A stretch of 64,000 nucleotides of DNA. Origin: Myxococcales bacterium (lineage in GTDB: Bacteria; Myxococcota_A; UBA9042; UBA3505). Each line of letters begins with the position of its first letter. The first letter of the stretch is position 1. The position numbers and the translations under genes were made by a program. Location of the stretch: the NCBI GenBank assembly GCA_963578775.1, contig CAUZEG010000003.1, positions 10,057 through 74,056 on the forward strand, in the 5' to 3' direction. The notes under the pieces were generated by a model that saw only the letters and a list, made by a program, of their open reading frames with translations, had not been told where the DNA came from and did not search any database. This document shows, one piece after another, positions 1 to 11,200 of this stretch.

Positions 1-487
1 ACATCTTGAACAGGCCCGGACGATGGCATATCTGGTCGCCTTCCTTCAGGGGAAACGGACCTCTGAACAGTTGGAAGAGCATACCCGGGAGAGCAGTCGG
101 AATCTGATTTCCATGGGGGCCTGTAGGACGGCGCGAAGTATACTTATTCGGACCGGACTCTGGCTTGCGCTGGCGCAGACGGATCGGGCGGCTGAGCGCC
201 TTCTGGCCGATGCGGCGCAAATCCCCCTTTATCCGGTGCCCAGGTCGGCCGAACTGTCGGTGTTGCAGGTGAACCAATTAATACGAATTACCCGGGGGGA
301 GATAGGAGATCTCGAACCGCTCGAGAGGTCCGAAGATCTTGAGAGTAGGAGCATCGATCTTGCTATCCAGGCCTGGTCAAAGGACGATTCAGAAGCCTTT
401 GCGGCGATACTGGAGGGCTTGTCCAGCCGTGAACATCATCTGCTTGCCAGTAGAATACGTGCGTTTTTCCACAACCGTTGGGGTTGA
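1..487 (+). CDS. Hypothetical protein, 3' portion. The reading frame is open to the window edge, so the start is probably upstream.
   Basis: Frame 2 has no stop from position 2 to 487. The ORF track gives 154 aa from the first ATG at 23. No motif recognised. Confidence 0.3.
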   Translation, partial: HLEQARTMAYLVAFLQGKRTSEQLEEHTRESSRNLISMGACRTARSILIRTGLWLALAQTDRAAERLLADAAQIPLYPVPRSAELSVLQVNQLIRITRGEIGDLEPLERSEDLESRSIDLAIQAWSKDDSEAFAAILEGLSSREHHLLASRIRAFFHNRWG

Positions 488-580
488 TATTCCCTCAGAA
501 GGCCCCATGTTGTACGATAATGATGGATCCCAGGAAGTCCAGGCTTCGAATTGGCCTGTTGTTAATGGTACGGTAGTGGA

Positions 581-3037
581 ATGAAGCGAGACCCCAAAGA
601 AGACGAAATCGGCGCCAAGGGTGAAGAAGAATTGAATCCTGACCAGGAAGAGGCGCAAGCCGGCCTGGGAGAGATGCTTCCTCTTCTGCCGTTACGGAAT
701 GCTGTCTTATTCCCGAGTGCGTTGATGCCCATCGTTGTGGGTCGCCCGAAAACCGTCGAGTTATTGCAGCATGTAGAGACCCATGGTGGGATCATCGCGG
801 TGCTCACCCAATGTGATAAGGAAGTGGAAGAACCCACGGCCGCAGACTTTTATGAATATGGGACGGCCGCTCGCATCTTGAAGGTGATGCGGGGTGATGA
901 TGAAACCTATCATGTGATTGTACAGGGGCTTCGAAGATTCCGTTGCGTCCAACTCACCCAGGAAGAGCCCTTCCTTATGGCGAAAATCGAGTGGGTTCCG
1001 GATTTTGACTATGATCCGGCGGATCCGGCGCTGCAGGCCCTTGGTAAGAATATCAAGGAGACGGGTCGGGAACTGATTGCTCTTATCCCCGACTTGCCGG
1101 AGGGAGCCGCCGAGCTGGTGGCACAGATCGATGATCCAGGTCGTCTTCTTTATCTTGTGATGGCCCATCTGGGTGTTCCGGTGGAAGAAAAGGTACAAAT
1201 CCTTTCCGAAGTGGACGTAGGGGCTGCCCTGCGTCGCACACTTGAATTGCTCCACCACCAGATCGAAGTTCTGCACCTGTCCAATAAGATTAATCGCGAA
1301 GTCAAAGGCGAGATGGACCGCAATCAACGCGAGTTTGTCCTCCGCCAACAACTCAAGGCGATACAGCGGGAACTTGGTGAGCTTGAAGGCGCGGAATCGG
1401 ATCTGGACGATCTGGAAGATCGCCTTATGGCCAAGGAACTACCGGAAGAGGCCCTCCAGGCGGTCGAGAGAGAATTTCGACGTCTACGCATGTTGCAGCC
1501 CGCCTCGCCGGAATATGGTGTGGCGAGGACATGGCTCGAGTGGATCTCGGATCTGCCCTTCTCTGAAGTGTCGACCGATCGACTGGACATCGAAGAGGCC
1601 CGTATCATTCTCGATGAGGATCACTACGATCTCGAGAAAGTGAAAAACCGAATCCTGGAATACATCGCGGTTCGAAAATTGAACCCCGATTTGAAGGGAC
1701 CCATCCTATGTCTGGTTGGCCCTCCGGGCGTAGGCAAAACATCTCTGGGGGAGTCGATTGCACGTTCCCTGGCTCGGAAGTTTGTGCGTGTATCACTGGG
1801 TGGCGTGCGGGATGAAGCGGAGATCCGTGGTCATCGACGCACCTATGTTGGTGCGATGCCCGGAAAGTTCATTCAGCAGCTCCGGCGGGTCGATGTGATC
1901 AATCCGGTAATGATGCTCGACGAGGTGGATAAGGTCGGTCGTGATTGGCGAGGAGATCCGACCAGCGCACTGCTTGAGGTGCTGGATCCGGAACAGAATC
2001 ACACCTTCATGGACCATTATCTGGACATTCCCTATGATCTTAGCCACGTCATGTTCATAGCGACGGCGAATCAAACAGACACGATCCCGAGCGCGCTTCT
2101 GGACCGGATGGAGATTATCCATCTTCCGGGCTATACCTATCATGAGAAGGTACATATCGCCCGGAACCACTTGATTTCTCGTCAGATCGAAAAACACGGG
2201 CTTAGCACGACACAGTTTCGTTTATCCGATGAGAGTTTGGCGTATGTCATTCATCGCTATACCCGTGAGGCCGGCGTGCGGAACCTGGAACGGCGCATCG
2301 CCGATCTATGTCGTCAGGTAGCTGTACGGGTGGTTAACGGCGAATGGAAAAGGAAGAAAGTCGATGTACGCCGGGTAAAGAAATTTCTGGGAGTGGAGCA
2401 ATACAGTCCCGAATCGGCGGATGAGATCGAAGTTAGTGGTGTGGCCACCGGGATGGCCTGGACCCCCTCGGGTGGAGACATCCTTTTTGTCGAAGCCACG
2501 AAGATGCCGGGTAAAGGCCGATTACGTCTGACGGGAAAGTTGGGCGATGTGATGAAGGAATCGGCGGAAATCGCTGTAAGCCTACTTAAAGCCCGATTTG
2601 AAGATTTCGGTATCGAGCCGTCGGAATTTTCTGAGCTGGATGTCCACGTTCATGTGCCGAGCGGGGCCATTCCAAAGGATGGACCCAGTGCCGGAGTAAC
2701 ACTCTTTACTGCCTTGGTTTCACTATTTACGGATATTAAGGTCCGTGGTGATGTGGCGATGACGGGCGAAGTAACGCTTCGTGGACTTGTGACACCGGTT
2801 GGTGGAGTGAAAGAGAAGGTATTGGCCACCTTACGGGCCGGTATCTCCGAGATCATACTGCCAGAACGGAACCGGAAAGACCTTCAGGACATCCCCGACG
2901 ATGTTCGCGCCCAATTGAAATTCCACTTCGTACAAAACGTGGAGCAGGTTCTTGCCAAAGCGTTGTCGGCGAAGATTCCGAAAAAGCGACGTTCGTCTAC
3001 AGCTCTGCCGTCAACGTCCGCATCCGACGTCAACTGA
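581..3037 (+). CDS. lon: ATP-dependent protease La (Lon)
   Basis: 818 aa. Walker A 'GPPGVGKTS' in the AAA+ module. Catalytic-serine motif 'PKDGPSAG' in the C-terminal S16 domain. Lon N-terminal domain present. Confidence 0.95.
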   Translation: MKRDPKEDEIGAKGEEELNPDQEEAQAGLGEMLPLLPLRNAVLFPSALMPIVVGRPKTVELLQHVETHGGIIAVLTQCDKEVEEPTAADFYEYGTAARILKVMRGDDETYHVIVQGLRRFRCVQLTQEEPFLMAKIEWVPDFDYDPADPALQALGKNIKETGRELIALIPDLPEGAAELVAQIDDPGRLLYLVMAHLGVPVEEKVQILSEVDVGAALRRTLELLHHQIEVLHLSNKINREVKGEMDRNQREFVLRQQLKAIQRELGELEGAESDLDDLEDRLMAKELPEEALQAVEREFRRLRMLQPASPEYGVARTWLEWISDLPFSEVSTDRLDIEEARIILDEDHYDLEKVKNRILEYIAVRKLNPDLKGPILCLVGPPGVGKTSLGESIARSLARKFVRVSLGGVRDEAEIRGHRRTYVGAMPGKFIQQLRRVDVINPVMMLDEVDKVGRDWRGDPTSALLEVLDPEQNHTFMDHYLDIPYDLSHVMFIATANQTDTIPSALLDRMEIIHLPGYTYHEKVHIARNHLISRQIEKHGLSTTQFRLSDESLAYVIHRYTREAGVRNLERRIADLCRQVAVRVVNGEWKRKKVDVRRVKKFLGVEQYSPESADEIEVSGVATGMAWTPSGGDILFVEATKMPGKGRLRLTGKLGDVMKESAEIAVSLLKARFEDFGIEPSEFSELDVHVHVPSGAIPKDGPSAGVTLFTALVSLFTDIKVRGDVAMTGEVTLRGLVTPVGGVKEKVLATLRAGISEIILPERNRKDLQDIPDDVRAQLKFHFVQNVEQVLAKALSAKIPKKRRSSTALPSTSASDVN

Positions 3038-4601
3038 TCGGCTCGTCCATACCGGACTGGGCTGCGCGTAATAGGATCGACTTTAGATCATCGATTCCCG
3101 TACTTATGTGGATAGGAACGACCGGACGCCCACGTTCGCGTAGGGCCTCTACATCGCCCAGAGCTTGCGCCAGGCTAAGTCGTTGCAGTTCTTCGCTACT
3201 GCCACCCGAATGGTTCGGGTCCATCGTGCACACCAGATGCACCGCCGCATCGCTACCACCTTTGTGCAACTGTCCCGTGGCGTGCAGATAGCGTGGACCG
3301 AAGGATGGAACGATAGTCAGGCCAAGAATCACACCCAACTCCTGCACCAGGGACGCAATACCCTGTTCGACTCGTGGTGTGGGTGGAAAAAACAAGAGCA
3401 ATGATACGAGTCGGTTCTGGTCTTGAGCCTGGCGAAAGAGCGCCTGTAGGGCGATATGAGTTGATTGGTTCTCGGAGGGTGTGTCGTTACCGATCGTCAT
3501 AGGTTCGGAGCCAAGCTGACGACGTGCCAACTCTTTTGCTCGGCTTACATCCGGTTCATCGAATGGGTTGATGCCCAATAAATAACCCAGGGTCGTGGTT
3601 ACAATCTGCCACCAGACGATGGTGGTGCCCAACCCCTCTGTAGCACGCCAGGATACGCGGCCGACGACTGGACTTTGATGAGCCCCATTTTCAAGGAATG
3701 TGATCGTAGAGTTCGGTTCCGAAACTTCATTCGCCGTGGGAATGGGCCAGATACCGACCCCGTTCTTACCGCAGCTCTCGGATAGAAGTTGTTCAATCCA
3801 GGGTGTAAGAGAGTGCTGGTCACCCTCCGATCGGAGAACGGCGATATTGGCGCCAGCCTGGGCCTGGGCCGCAATATAAGCGGCCAGGAGAATGGCAGGA
3901 TGGGCCTCCGCGGATTTCTGGATATCCGCCATGCAACTGCGCGCCCCGTCAATCCAGGTTTGTACATCGAATCCTGATAGAAGGGCCGGAATCGCCCCAA
4001 ATGGAGAGAGCCCAGAGAAACGACCACCAACTCTGGGATAGCCGTGTATCACCGCACGATAGCCCTGTGCTCTGGCCTGCTGGTCAAGTGGGCTACCCGG
4101 ATCGGTAATAGCCAGCATTCGGTGCGGTCCCCAGCGTTCTTGAATGATCTCTGCCAGGGTAATGGCTTCTACGGTAGTTCCCGATTTACTCGCGATCAAC
4201 GCGAAGGAGGAGGGATCATCCAGCTTTTCCAACACCTCTGCGACCATGTCGGGCACGAGCGTATCAAGAACTACAAGTCTACCCTTCGATTGTTCCGAGA
4301 CGATACGGCCAAAGACGGAGGACCCCCCCATGCCGATCAGAAGGAAGCGCTGGGCCCCCTCGTCTGAGAGTTTTTTCGTAAGCAGCTGAAGTTCTTCGAG
4401 CTGGTTCTGTAATACATCAAAGGAATCGACCCAGCCCAACCGCTGGTCAATGGCGGCTTGTTCTATAGGATCGTCAGAAAATAGCGATGCGTCTTTCTGT
4501 AAAAGCCGATCTATAAATCTCTCGTCTCGAAGGCGGTCCAAATAATTCTGGACCTGTGCTTCGCTTCGTTCGGAGAGACCATCTACATGGAGATGAGACA
4601 T
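3030..4601 (-). CDS. pgi: Glucose-6-phosphate isomerase
   Basis: 523 aa. SIS-domain 'LLIGMGGSSVFG' motif. Overall PGI-like layout. Convergent 8-bp overlap with lon. Confidence 0.8.
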   Translation of the reverse strand: MSHLHVDGLSERSEAQVQNYLDRLRDERFIDRLLQKDASLFSDDPIEQAAIDQRLGWVDSFDVLQNQLEELQLLTKKLSDEGAQRFLLIGMGGSSVFGRIVSEQSKGRLVVLDTLVPDMVAEVLEKLDDPSSFALIASKSGTTVEAITLAEIIQERWGPHRMLAITDPGSPLDQQARAQGYRAVIHGYPRVGGRFSGLSPFGAIPALLSGFDVQTWIDGARSCMADIQKSAEAHPAILLAAYIAAQAQAGANIAVLRSEGDQHSLTPWIEQLLSESCGKNGVGIWPIPTANEVSEPNSTITFLENGAHQSPVVGRVSWRATEGLGTTIVWWQIVTTTLGYLLGINPFDEPDVSRAKELARRQLGSEPMTIGNDTPSENQSTHIALQALFRQAQDQNRLVSLLLFFPPTPRVEQGIASLVQELGVILGLTIVPSFGPRYLHATGQLHKGGSDAAVHLVCTMDPNHSGGSSEELQRLSLAQALGDVEALRERGRPVVPIHISTGIDDLKSILLRAAQSGMDEPIS

Positions 4602-4625
4602 ATCGTTGTTCCCATCGTGCGAAAC

Positions 4626-4886
4626 TCAGAACAGATTTTCGAGTTTCACCGCGCGGTCCGGAAGCATTTCGGGGATCCCGTCACGAATCGGAAACGCGAT
4701 CTGGCCGTCCTCCCGAATGAGAAGTCCGTCCACCTGGCCTTCGACTTTGTCTCCACCGCGGTTTGTGAGTTGCCCTTGTTCAACAGCTTGACTGAAACGG
4801 TCCAATTGTTCTGGGTTCGCCAGGGTCAGCGTCTGATGGGTCTCCGGACAGACCAGAATATCAAGCAGGAAATCATCCGACGACAT
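4626..4886 (-). CDS. Trm112/UPF0434 family small protein
   Basis: Sequence 'MSSDDFLLDILVCPETHQTLTL...' matches the Trm112-like zinc-ribbon fold motif. Start moved to the internal Met at 4886. Confidence 0.65.
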   Translation of the reverse strand: MSSDDFLLDILVCPETHQTLTLANPEQLDRFSQAVEQGQLTNRGGDKVEGQVDGLLIREDGQIAFPIRDGIPEMLPDRAVKLENLF

Positions 4887-5012
4887 GGTTCGCTCCTTCG
4901 CTGGAGATGTTTGTATAACAGACTTTGTGTGAATGTGTCGCCCCTGTTCTCTAAAACACATAGCGTGGGCGAAGTAAGGCGAAAGGCTGCGATCTCAAAA
5001 ATGTTGCTACAG

Positions 5013-5042
5013 TTGCAACAACGCCGACAAACAAACTAGAAT
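5013..5042 (+). promoter_or_regulatory. Putative sigma70-type promoter (TTGCAA, 18-nt spacer, TAGAAT), embedded in the GTTGCAAC palindromes
   Basis: Hexamers read directly: -35 at 5013-5018, -10 at 5037-5042, 25 nt upstream of the 5067 ATG. Confidence 0.3.
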
Positions 5043-5066
5043 CATCACGACCAAAAACGAAAGAGC

Positions 5067-5852
5067 ATGATGTCGGTTGCTGTTGATGAAATCCGTGCCT
5101 ATATGGCTGAAAAGAGTGCCCTCTTTGGTGAGAATGGGAGCGTGAACTTTTTTGAGTTACTCGGTGTACCCGATGACGCCACGAGCGATCTGATTCAGCA
5201 GACATACTTCCAGGCCGTAAAGAAGATTCACCCCGATCAGCTGGACAGAGTGGGTGCAGCAGAGCTGAAACCAGAGGCGGGGGAGTTGTTTCAGAAGCTG
5301 ACAGAAGCCTACGAAACGCTCCATGATGTGCGCAAACGCGCGGTATATATTCGTGAGGCGGTGAAGGTCGCAGAAGGCGGTCCAACCGTCTCCTCGGAAG
5401 ATGAAGCGCGAATTTATGCCCATCGTGCCAGTGTCATGCTGAAACGTTCCCAATTTACGGAAGCAGAAGATTTCTGTCGCCGGGCGTTGGAGGCCTGCCC
5501 TGACGATTTCAACTATAAGCTCGATCTGGTGTGGACACTTTTCCAAAACCCGAATATTGCCGGAGCGGTTCAAGATGAAGAAGTACAGCCCATACTTGAG
5601 GGGATATTGAAGCAGCATCCGGGTAATGCTCGGGCCCTGTATTTTATGGCTCTCTATTATAAGGGGAAGGATCAGCTGAATCGAGAGCGTCGGTTCTTGG
5701 TGCAGGCCCTGAATGTGGATCCGAACTATCGTGATGTGCAAAGAGAGATGCGGTTGTTGGAGATGCGGTTACGGAAACGTAAGAAGTCCATTATAGGCAA
5801 GCTGGCTGATCTGCTTGCTTCCAAAGGTAAGAAAAAGAAAGGCGGCAGTTGA
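5067..5852 (+). CDS. J-domain (DnaJ-like) protein with TPR-like repeats
   Basis: 'FFELLGVPDDATSDLIQQTYFQAVKKIHPDQ' includes the HPD tripeptide of the J domain. Helical TPR-like C-terminal half with a Lys-rich tail. The stop overlaps the next ATG (ATGA at 5849-5852). Confidence 0.7.
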   Translation: MMSVAVDEIRAYMAEKSALFGENGSVNFFELLGVPDDATSDLIQQTYFQAVKKIHPDQLDRVGAAELKPEAGELFQKLTEAYETLHDVRKRAVYIREAVKVAEGGPTVSSEDEARIYAHRASVMLKRSQFTEAEDFCRRALEACPDDFNYKLDLVWTLFQNPNIAGAVQDEEVQPILEGILKQHPGNARALYFMALYYKGKDQLNRERRFLVQALNVDPNYRDVQREMRLLEMRLRKRKKSIIGKLADLLASKGKKKKGGS

Positions 5853-7741
5853 GTTTCGGTAGAACTATCTTCGGGGGCCCCGGAACCTCCACTTTGAGTG
5901 TTCTCTTCAGTCTGTTGTTCCTCGGATGCGGTAGTGGCAATCCGGCCTTCATTGTCGATCCGGTCATTGATGCGATTGAGCCACAGCTGGATATGGTACT
6001 TCCCGGTAGCCAGTTTGAGTTGCATGGAAGCGGTTTCATCAAACCACCACTCGGTCAGATGCGAGTGGTATTCGATGGGCAGATGAACGGGTTTAAGACC
6101 CTTTTCGCGATCGAAGCCCTGGTCGAAGATTCGCAAAGTATGCAGGTGACCTTGAGTCAGGCGGCCTTTGACTTGTTCCCGGCCTCTACCGGGATGTTTT
6201 ACGGTACGATTCAAGCCGAGAGTCTCCTGGCGATTGGAGGAGAGCTTCAATCGGATAAGATCCCCATCTCCTTTCTGGTCAGCGATAGTCTGTGGCCGGA
6301 CACCCAGTTCCCTGTGAACACCGTGGGGCAACCGGGTGCACGGATTCCCATACCGGGCAGTGGATTTCTCCTTGGAGATGAAGGCGACACCCTTGCACTG
6401 GTGAGCGGAGAATTTTCTTCGGAGAGTGGTCAGAACCTCCACCTGGATGAGGCGCCGGTTCTATTAGAAGTTGTGAATCGGAGTCTGGCCCAACTTCGCC
6501 TGGGAGCCGACGTATTCGGTATCGAGCCCGGGTCGTTTTCAGGCGAGCTATTTCTTCAAAATCAACATAGTACGGGTATCGTAACCAGTTCATTACAGCC
6601 GGTTCCGGTGCAGATCTCATTCATCCGATCTGTGGTGTCCAATGTACTGCCGCTGTCGGTGCGTCGGGGCCAGGCATTACGTTTTAACGGGAAAGGCTTC
6701 CTGGCGTCTGATCCGGAGCAGGGTGTAGCCACTCTCATGCTTCTCGATGGGACATTTTTTCGCGCGGACGGTGGGATCGATGACCGAACAGGCGTGAATT
6801 CATTGATCTTGTTTCCGGATGAGATAACGGAAGATTCACAGGTATCTGTAACCCTGCGGGGTAATCCCATCACCGGGGAAGACGAGTTCGGGGTGATTCC
6901 CGGGTCCTTTTCCGGGTTTGCGACGCCGTGGCTTATATCCGGCGGAGACAATGTGTTCGGCACGGCTACGTCCGTTCAAATAGGAGTGCTTCCGGCTCGC
7001 CAGGTGATCTACATCAAGATATTGCCCGGATTTGATGACTCACTCGATGAATTCGGCTTATTGGCCGTAAAACAGGGGGTTCTGGCTCGCGTCCTTCAGG
7101 TAGTGCATCGGGATTATGCTGGCATCAATGTAGAGTTTCGACTCGAACGCCCCGAAGATTATGTCGACTATACGGTAGTCGAGGTTGGAGGCTCGGACCC
7201 AAACGGGGCCAATCTGCTCGGGCTGGACAATACCGAAGGAAAGGATGTGGGTAATATTCGCTTCAATGATGTTATCGGTGGATTCAACGCCTTATCCGAG
7301 AAACAGGGCTATTATGCCTACGGAGGGGTTTTCGTCCGGTCCTTCTTCCAGTTCTCCAAGAAACATCAACTTGGGGACAATGAGATGTCTAATCCTCGTT
7401 TTGATGGAATTTTTTCGGCCATAGCACCCGTGTTGGGAGGTGATCCAGCCGGCCCCTTTGATAACCATCCATCGCAGCGGAATGGGGTTGTGTACCTTGC
7501 TGTGCAGGTCCTGGCTAATCTCATCGGCAACACAATTTCCCATGAAGTAGGCCATGCACTTGGGTTGGCGAACATCGAGGGGCGTTTCCACAATGAAGGC
7601 GATAATCCGAATTGGCTTATGGACTCCGGTATTTTTCGGCCCTTCGAGGAACGAGCCGAGATCGACGGGCAGGGGCCGGCGCATTTTTCACCCAACAACC
7701 GAGCCTACCTTGAGAAAATCCTCCCCCCGGATAGTCTATGA
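5849..7741 (+). CDS. Lipoprotein with C-terminal HExxH zinc-metallopeptidase motif
   Basis: Lipobox 'LFLGCGSG'. 'ISHEVGHALGL...RFHNEGD' near the C-terminus. 630 aa. Translationally coupled to the genes on both sides. Confidence 0.55.
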   Translation: MSFGRTIFGGPGTSTLSVLFSLLFLGCGSGNPAFIVDPVIDAIEPQLDMVLPGSQFELHGSGFIKPPLGQMRVVFDGQMNGFKTLFAIEALVEDSQSMQVTLSQAAFDLFPASTGMFYGTIQAESLLAIGGELQSDKIPISFLVSDSLWPDTQFPVNTVGQPGARIPIPGSGFLLGDEGDTLALVSGEFSSESGQNLHLDEAPVLLEVVNRSLAQLRLGADVFGIEPGSFSGELFLQNQHSTGIVTSSLQPVPVQISFIRSVVSNVLPLSVRRGQALRFNGKGFLASDPEQGVATLMLLDGTFFRADGGIDDRTGVNSLILFPDEITEDSQVSVTLRGNPITGEDEFGVIPGSFSGFATPWLISGGDNVFGTATSVQIGVLPARQVIYIKILPGFDDSLDEFGLLAVKQGVLARVLQVVHRDYAGINVEFRLERPEDYVDYTVVEVGGSDPNGANLLGLDNTEGKDVGNIRFNDVIGGFNALSEKQGYYAYGGVFVRSFFQFSKKHQLGDNEMSNPRFDGIFSAIAPVLGGDPAGPFDNHPSQRNGVVYLAVQVLANLIGNTISHEVGHALGLANIEGRFHNEGDNPNWLMDSGIFRPFEERAEIDGQGPAHFSPNNRAYLEKILPPDSL

Positions 7742-8247
7742 TACGATTCCCGATCATCTGGGCGGTTTTTCTTTCCATGGTGCTATGGAGTCCCGGTTGT
7801 CGAAACCAGGCAGATGGGATGGGGCCGGTTGACGTATCGGTGGGTCAGGATCATGGGAAGATCGTGGGTCAGGTTGTATTCTCGCTGAAGACCAAAGTGA
7901 CATTTCAGGTCGAGTTGGCGAAGACCGTGGAGGATCGTGCGAAAGGACTGATGTATCGTCAGCACCTGGCACTACGGCACGGCATGCTCTTTCTATTTGA
8001 TGAGCGTCTTCAGCATAGCTTTTATATGAAGAATACCTTCATCCCGTTGGACATTGTGTTCATGGATCGGACCAGGGACGGTGTGCGTGTTGTCGGGGTC
8101 TTAAAGTATATGCGTCCCCTCGATCAGGTGTCGCGCTATGTCGAACAGCCATCCATCATGGCTCTCGAGATCCGGGGAGGGCAGGCCGAAGCGCTGGGAA
8201 TCAAGATCGGGACCCCGGTAAAAATCGTGCTTCCGCCGGATAGCTGA
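7738..8247 (+). CDS. DUF192 (COG1430) family lipoprotein
   Basis: 'GLMYRQHL...GMLFLFD...FYMKNTFIPLDIVFMD' signature. Signal peptide with Cys 'LWSPGC'. Start overlaps the upstream stop (ATGA). Confidence 0.6.
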   Translation: MIRFPIIWAVFLSMVLWSPGCRNQADGMGPVDVSVGQDHGKIVGQVVFSLKTKVTFQVELAKTVEDRAKGLMYRQHLALRHGMLFLFDERLQHSFYMKNTFIPLDIVFMDRTRDGVRVVGVLKYMRPLDQVSRYVEQPSIMALEIRGGQAEALGIKIGTPVKIVLPPDS

Positions 8248-8249
8248 TC

Positions 8250-11200
8250 TCAGGATATGTCCTGGGGCTGTGGAGTATCTTCTTTTTTAGCGGATGCCGG
8301 CTCCACAGCAGGCGGCGATTCGACCTGGGCCTCAACCGCTTTATCTTTCTTAGGCGCCCGACCATTTCCGCCCCCTCTGCTCGAGCGACGGCCACGGCGT
8401 CTCCTTACCGTATCCGACTTTTCGTTCGCTCGTTTCGGCTCTGGTTCGGGTATCTCTATCTTCGACGCCTCCGGGATTTCATCCGACGGATCGAAGAATG
8501 ATGCCACCTCTTCCGCGGTCAAGAGGTCCTCTAGTTCTCTACCGTCGTTGATCGCTGCATCAAAGAGGGCTTTCTTGTGTTTCTGAAGATGGACGACCTT
8601 CTCCTCTACGGTATTGGCCGAGACCAACTTGATCACAAATACCGGGCGAGTCTGGCCGATTCTGTGCGCTCGGTCATTGGCCTGCGCTTCAATTGCCGGG
8701 TTCCACCATGGATCCAGATGAATCACATAATCGGCGGCCGTAAGGTTCAAACCGGTACCGCCGGCTTTAAGACTCAACAGGAATACGGGGGGGCCGTCTT
8801 CGGATTGGAAATGCTCCACAACAGAACCCCTATCCTTCGTGCTGCCGTCGAGGCGTGTCGTTCGAATCTTAGATTTCTTCAGAGCCGCCTGGGTCAGATC
8901 CAGCAGACTTGTCCATTGGGAGAATACAAGGGCCTTATGTCCCTCCGATATGATCTCTTCAAGAGTATCGATAACCGTTCGTAGCTTCGATGAGCCGGCT
9001 CGTTCACCAAGCTCCTTGGCTTCGTCGAACGGTAATAATGCGGGATGGCAGGATGCCTGGCGTAGGCGAAGCAAGGCTTCCAACATTGTGAGGCTTGGAC
9101 CGCCTTTGCTGGACTTTTCCGCGGCACCATATACCTGGGCCCGGTAGGCATCACGCACAGTGGCGTAGATATGCTGTTCCTCTGGGCTGAGAGGCACATG
9201 AAGAACCATCTCGGTCCGTTCGGGAAGCTCTTTGGCTACTTCTACTTTGAGACGTCGAAGGATGAATGGTTTGATGCGAGTTCGTAGGCCTTGGAGACGT
9301 TCTTTGAGGACTTCCGCACTTATCTGTCCGGCCGAGCGTACCCCATAGTTTCGTGCGAATGATTTTCTTCGTCCCAGAAAACCCGGCATCGTAAAATGGA
9401 ACTGGCTCCAGACGTCATCAAGGCGGTTCTCTAATGGGGTACCCGTCATAACAAAATTATGGTCGGATTTTAGGCGATAGGCAGCTTTCGCTGTCTGGCT
9501 ATCGGCGTTCTTGACGTGTTGGGACTCATCAAGAAAAACCGCATGCCAATGGATATCCGCCAATTGTTCACTATCGATCCGCAAGAGCGGGTAGGATGTG
9601 AGAATAATGTCAGGCTTTTTGGTCCCGATCTGTTCCAGTACTTTCTTCCGGTTGGGGCCTTGATATACAGCCAATCGAAGAGAGGGGCAGAATCGTTTCG
9701 CTTCTTGTTGCCAGTTGAACACAACGCTTGTGGGGGCCACGACGAGAACAGGCTTGCCATCGGCATTGCCCTCATCTTTCTCCCGGAGAATGTACGTAAG
9801 AGCCTGAAGGGTCTTACCCAGGCCCATATCGTCCGCGAGGCAACCGCCATAGCCCTGGTCCGAAAGCCAACACAACCAGGTAAAACCTTGTTTCTGGTAA
9901 TCACGAAGGGTTGCTTTGACCCCCCGTGGGATGGGAATCGGGTCAAGGTGTTCGGGGTACGACAACATATTCTTGAGCTGCTCAAACCTGTCATCACCCT
10001 GGAAGTTATCGACGGCTTCTTCCAAAGCTGCTCCCAGAGATGCCAGATACTTGGGCAAACGGTTCCCCAGGGTCTCGCGAGCATGTTCGGCTTCTTCCAA
10101 CAACATACCGTAGCGTTCGAGCCACTTCAGCGGCACCTTGGAATAACTGCCGTCCTGCATCTGTACGAATCGGCGTTTCTTATGCCACGCCTTTAGAACA
10201 GCGGAAGCCGATGCCAATTGTTCGCCAGCCGTAAATCCGAGCTTAAGATCAAACCAGTCCATCTCACTGCTGACGCGAGCATTGGTTCCCATATCGCCGC
10301 GGTTTACCCGTAGGCGGGAGAGGTTTTCGTCACCGAAGATCTTGAAGTCGGATTCGAGCAGTGGCAGCTGTCCGGCCAGAAATGAAAGCGCGTCTTCTCC
10401 ACCCAGAACGATGTGCCACGGATCTATATCTGCATCCAACTCTGCGCTATCGATCTCTTTGGAGGCCGCAATGGCCTGGAGAAGTTTGGCCAGAGATCGT
10501 GCCTCTTCCTCCGGGTTGCGCTCGATCAACGGTTCATTTTCGTTGGAACCCTTAAGAAAGTGTGGGCTGTCCGGTCCGGCTTCGACCATCTCACAACCGG
10601 GAATCGAGTATGCAAACGAAGCGCGGATGGCCAGAGACATATCTTCGGGTTCCGTCAGATATAGACGTGGCTCTGGCTTTGGGGTGAGGACGTTGGGAAG
10701 GCGGTCGGTCAGGATTTCGGCAGGGTATCGGGATGCGAGCAGTGGCCATTCGCGCTCACGAAAACGGTCCACGTCTTCGTCCGCAACTGTGGGTAACTTT
10801 TCCACATCAAAGGCACCGAAGGTCCGTAGTAGGCGAGTGCCCTCATTCGTAAGGGGACGGAGGGTTCCGTCACTTAAATGCACCCAGCCTGGATTGGCAG
10901 GAACATAATGTCGCAAGCCTGGGAGTGGACCAGAGCTCGCGGGGATCCGTTTCTTCGGGTCGACATCGACCACCTCTTCGTCCGTCTCGTGGATGGGCTC
11001 GACCCAGAACCGAAGACTGTCTTCTTCGAAGTCCGAAACCACCAGGCGTAGCTGGATCGGAGTCTTATCGATGCGGATGGCCTCACCGTGTATACGGACA
11101 TCGCGCGTATGTGCAAGCAGTCGTAACATCCGGTCGAGGCTCCCCCCATTCCAGGCGGGCTCCTGTTTATCGGTCGTCGACTTGCGTGCCCCAAGATACG

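Noticed and set aside
4587-5039. 150-aa ORF on the plus strand overlapping the Trm112 gene
   Set aside because: It is antisense to a conserved Trm112-like CDS and overlaps the divergent promoter region. No motif.
9516-10196. Long opposite-strand ORFs (for example 9516-10196, 10925-11629, 24416-25231, 26562-27200, 31291-32121, 40369-41115, 42150-43199, 42848-43633, 47029-47922, 63013-63786)
   Set aside because: Each lies antisense to a gene with clear conserved motifs (SNF2, Lon-like, VWA, etfB, LOG, M28/dtd/thiolase, RlmL, gyrA). These are typical shadow ORFs of GC-rich DNA.
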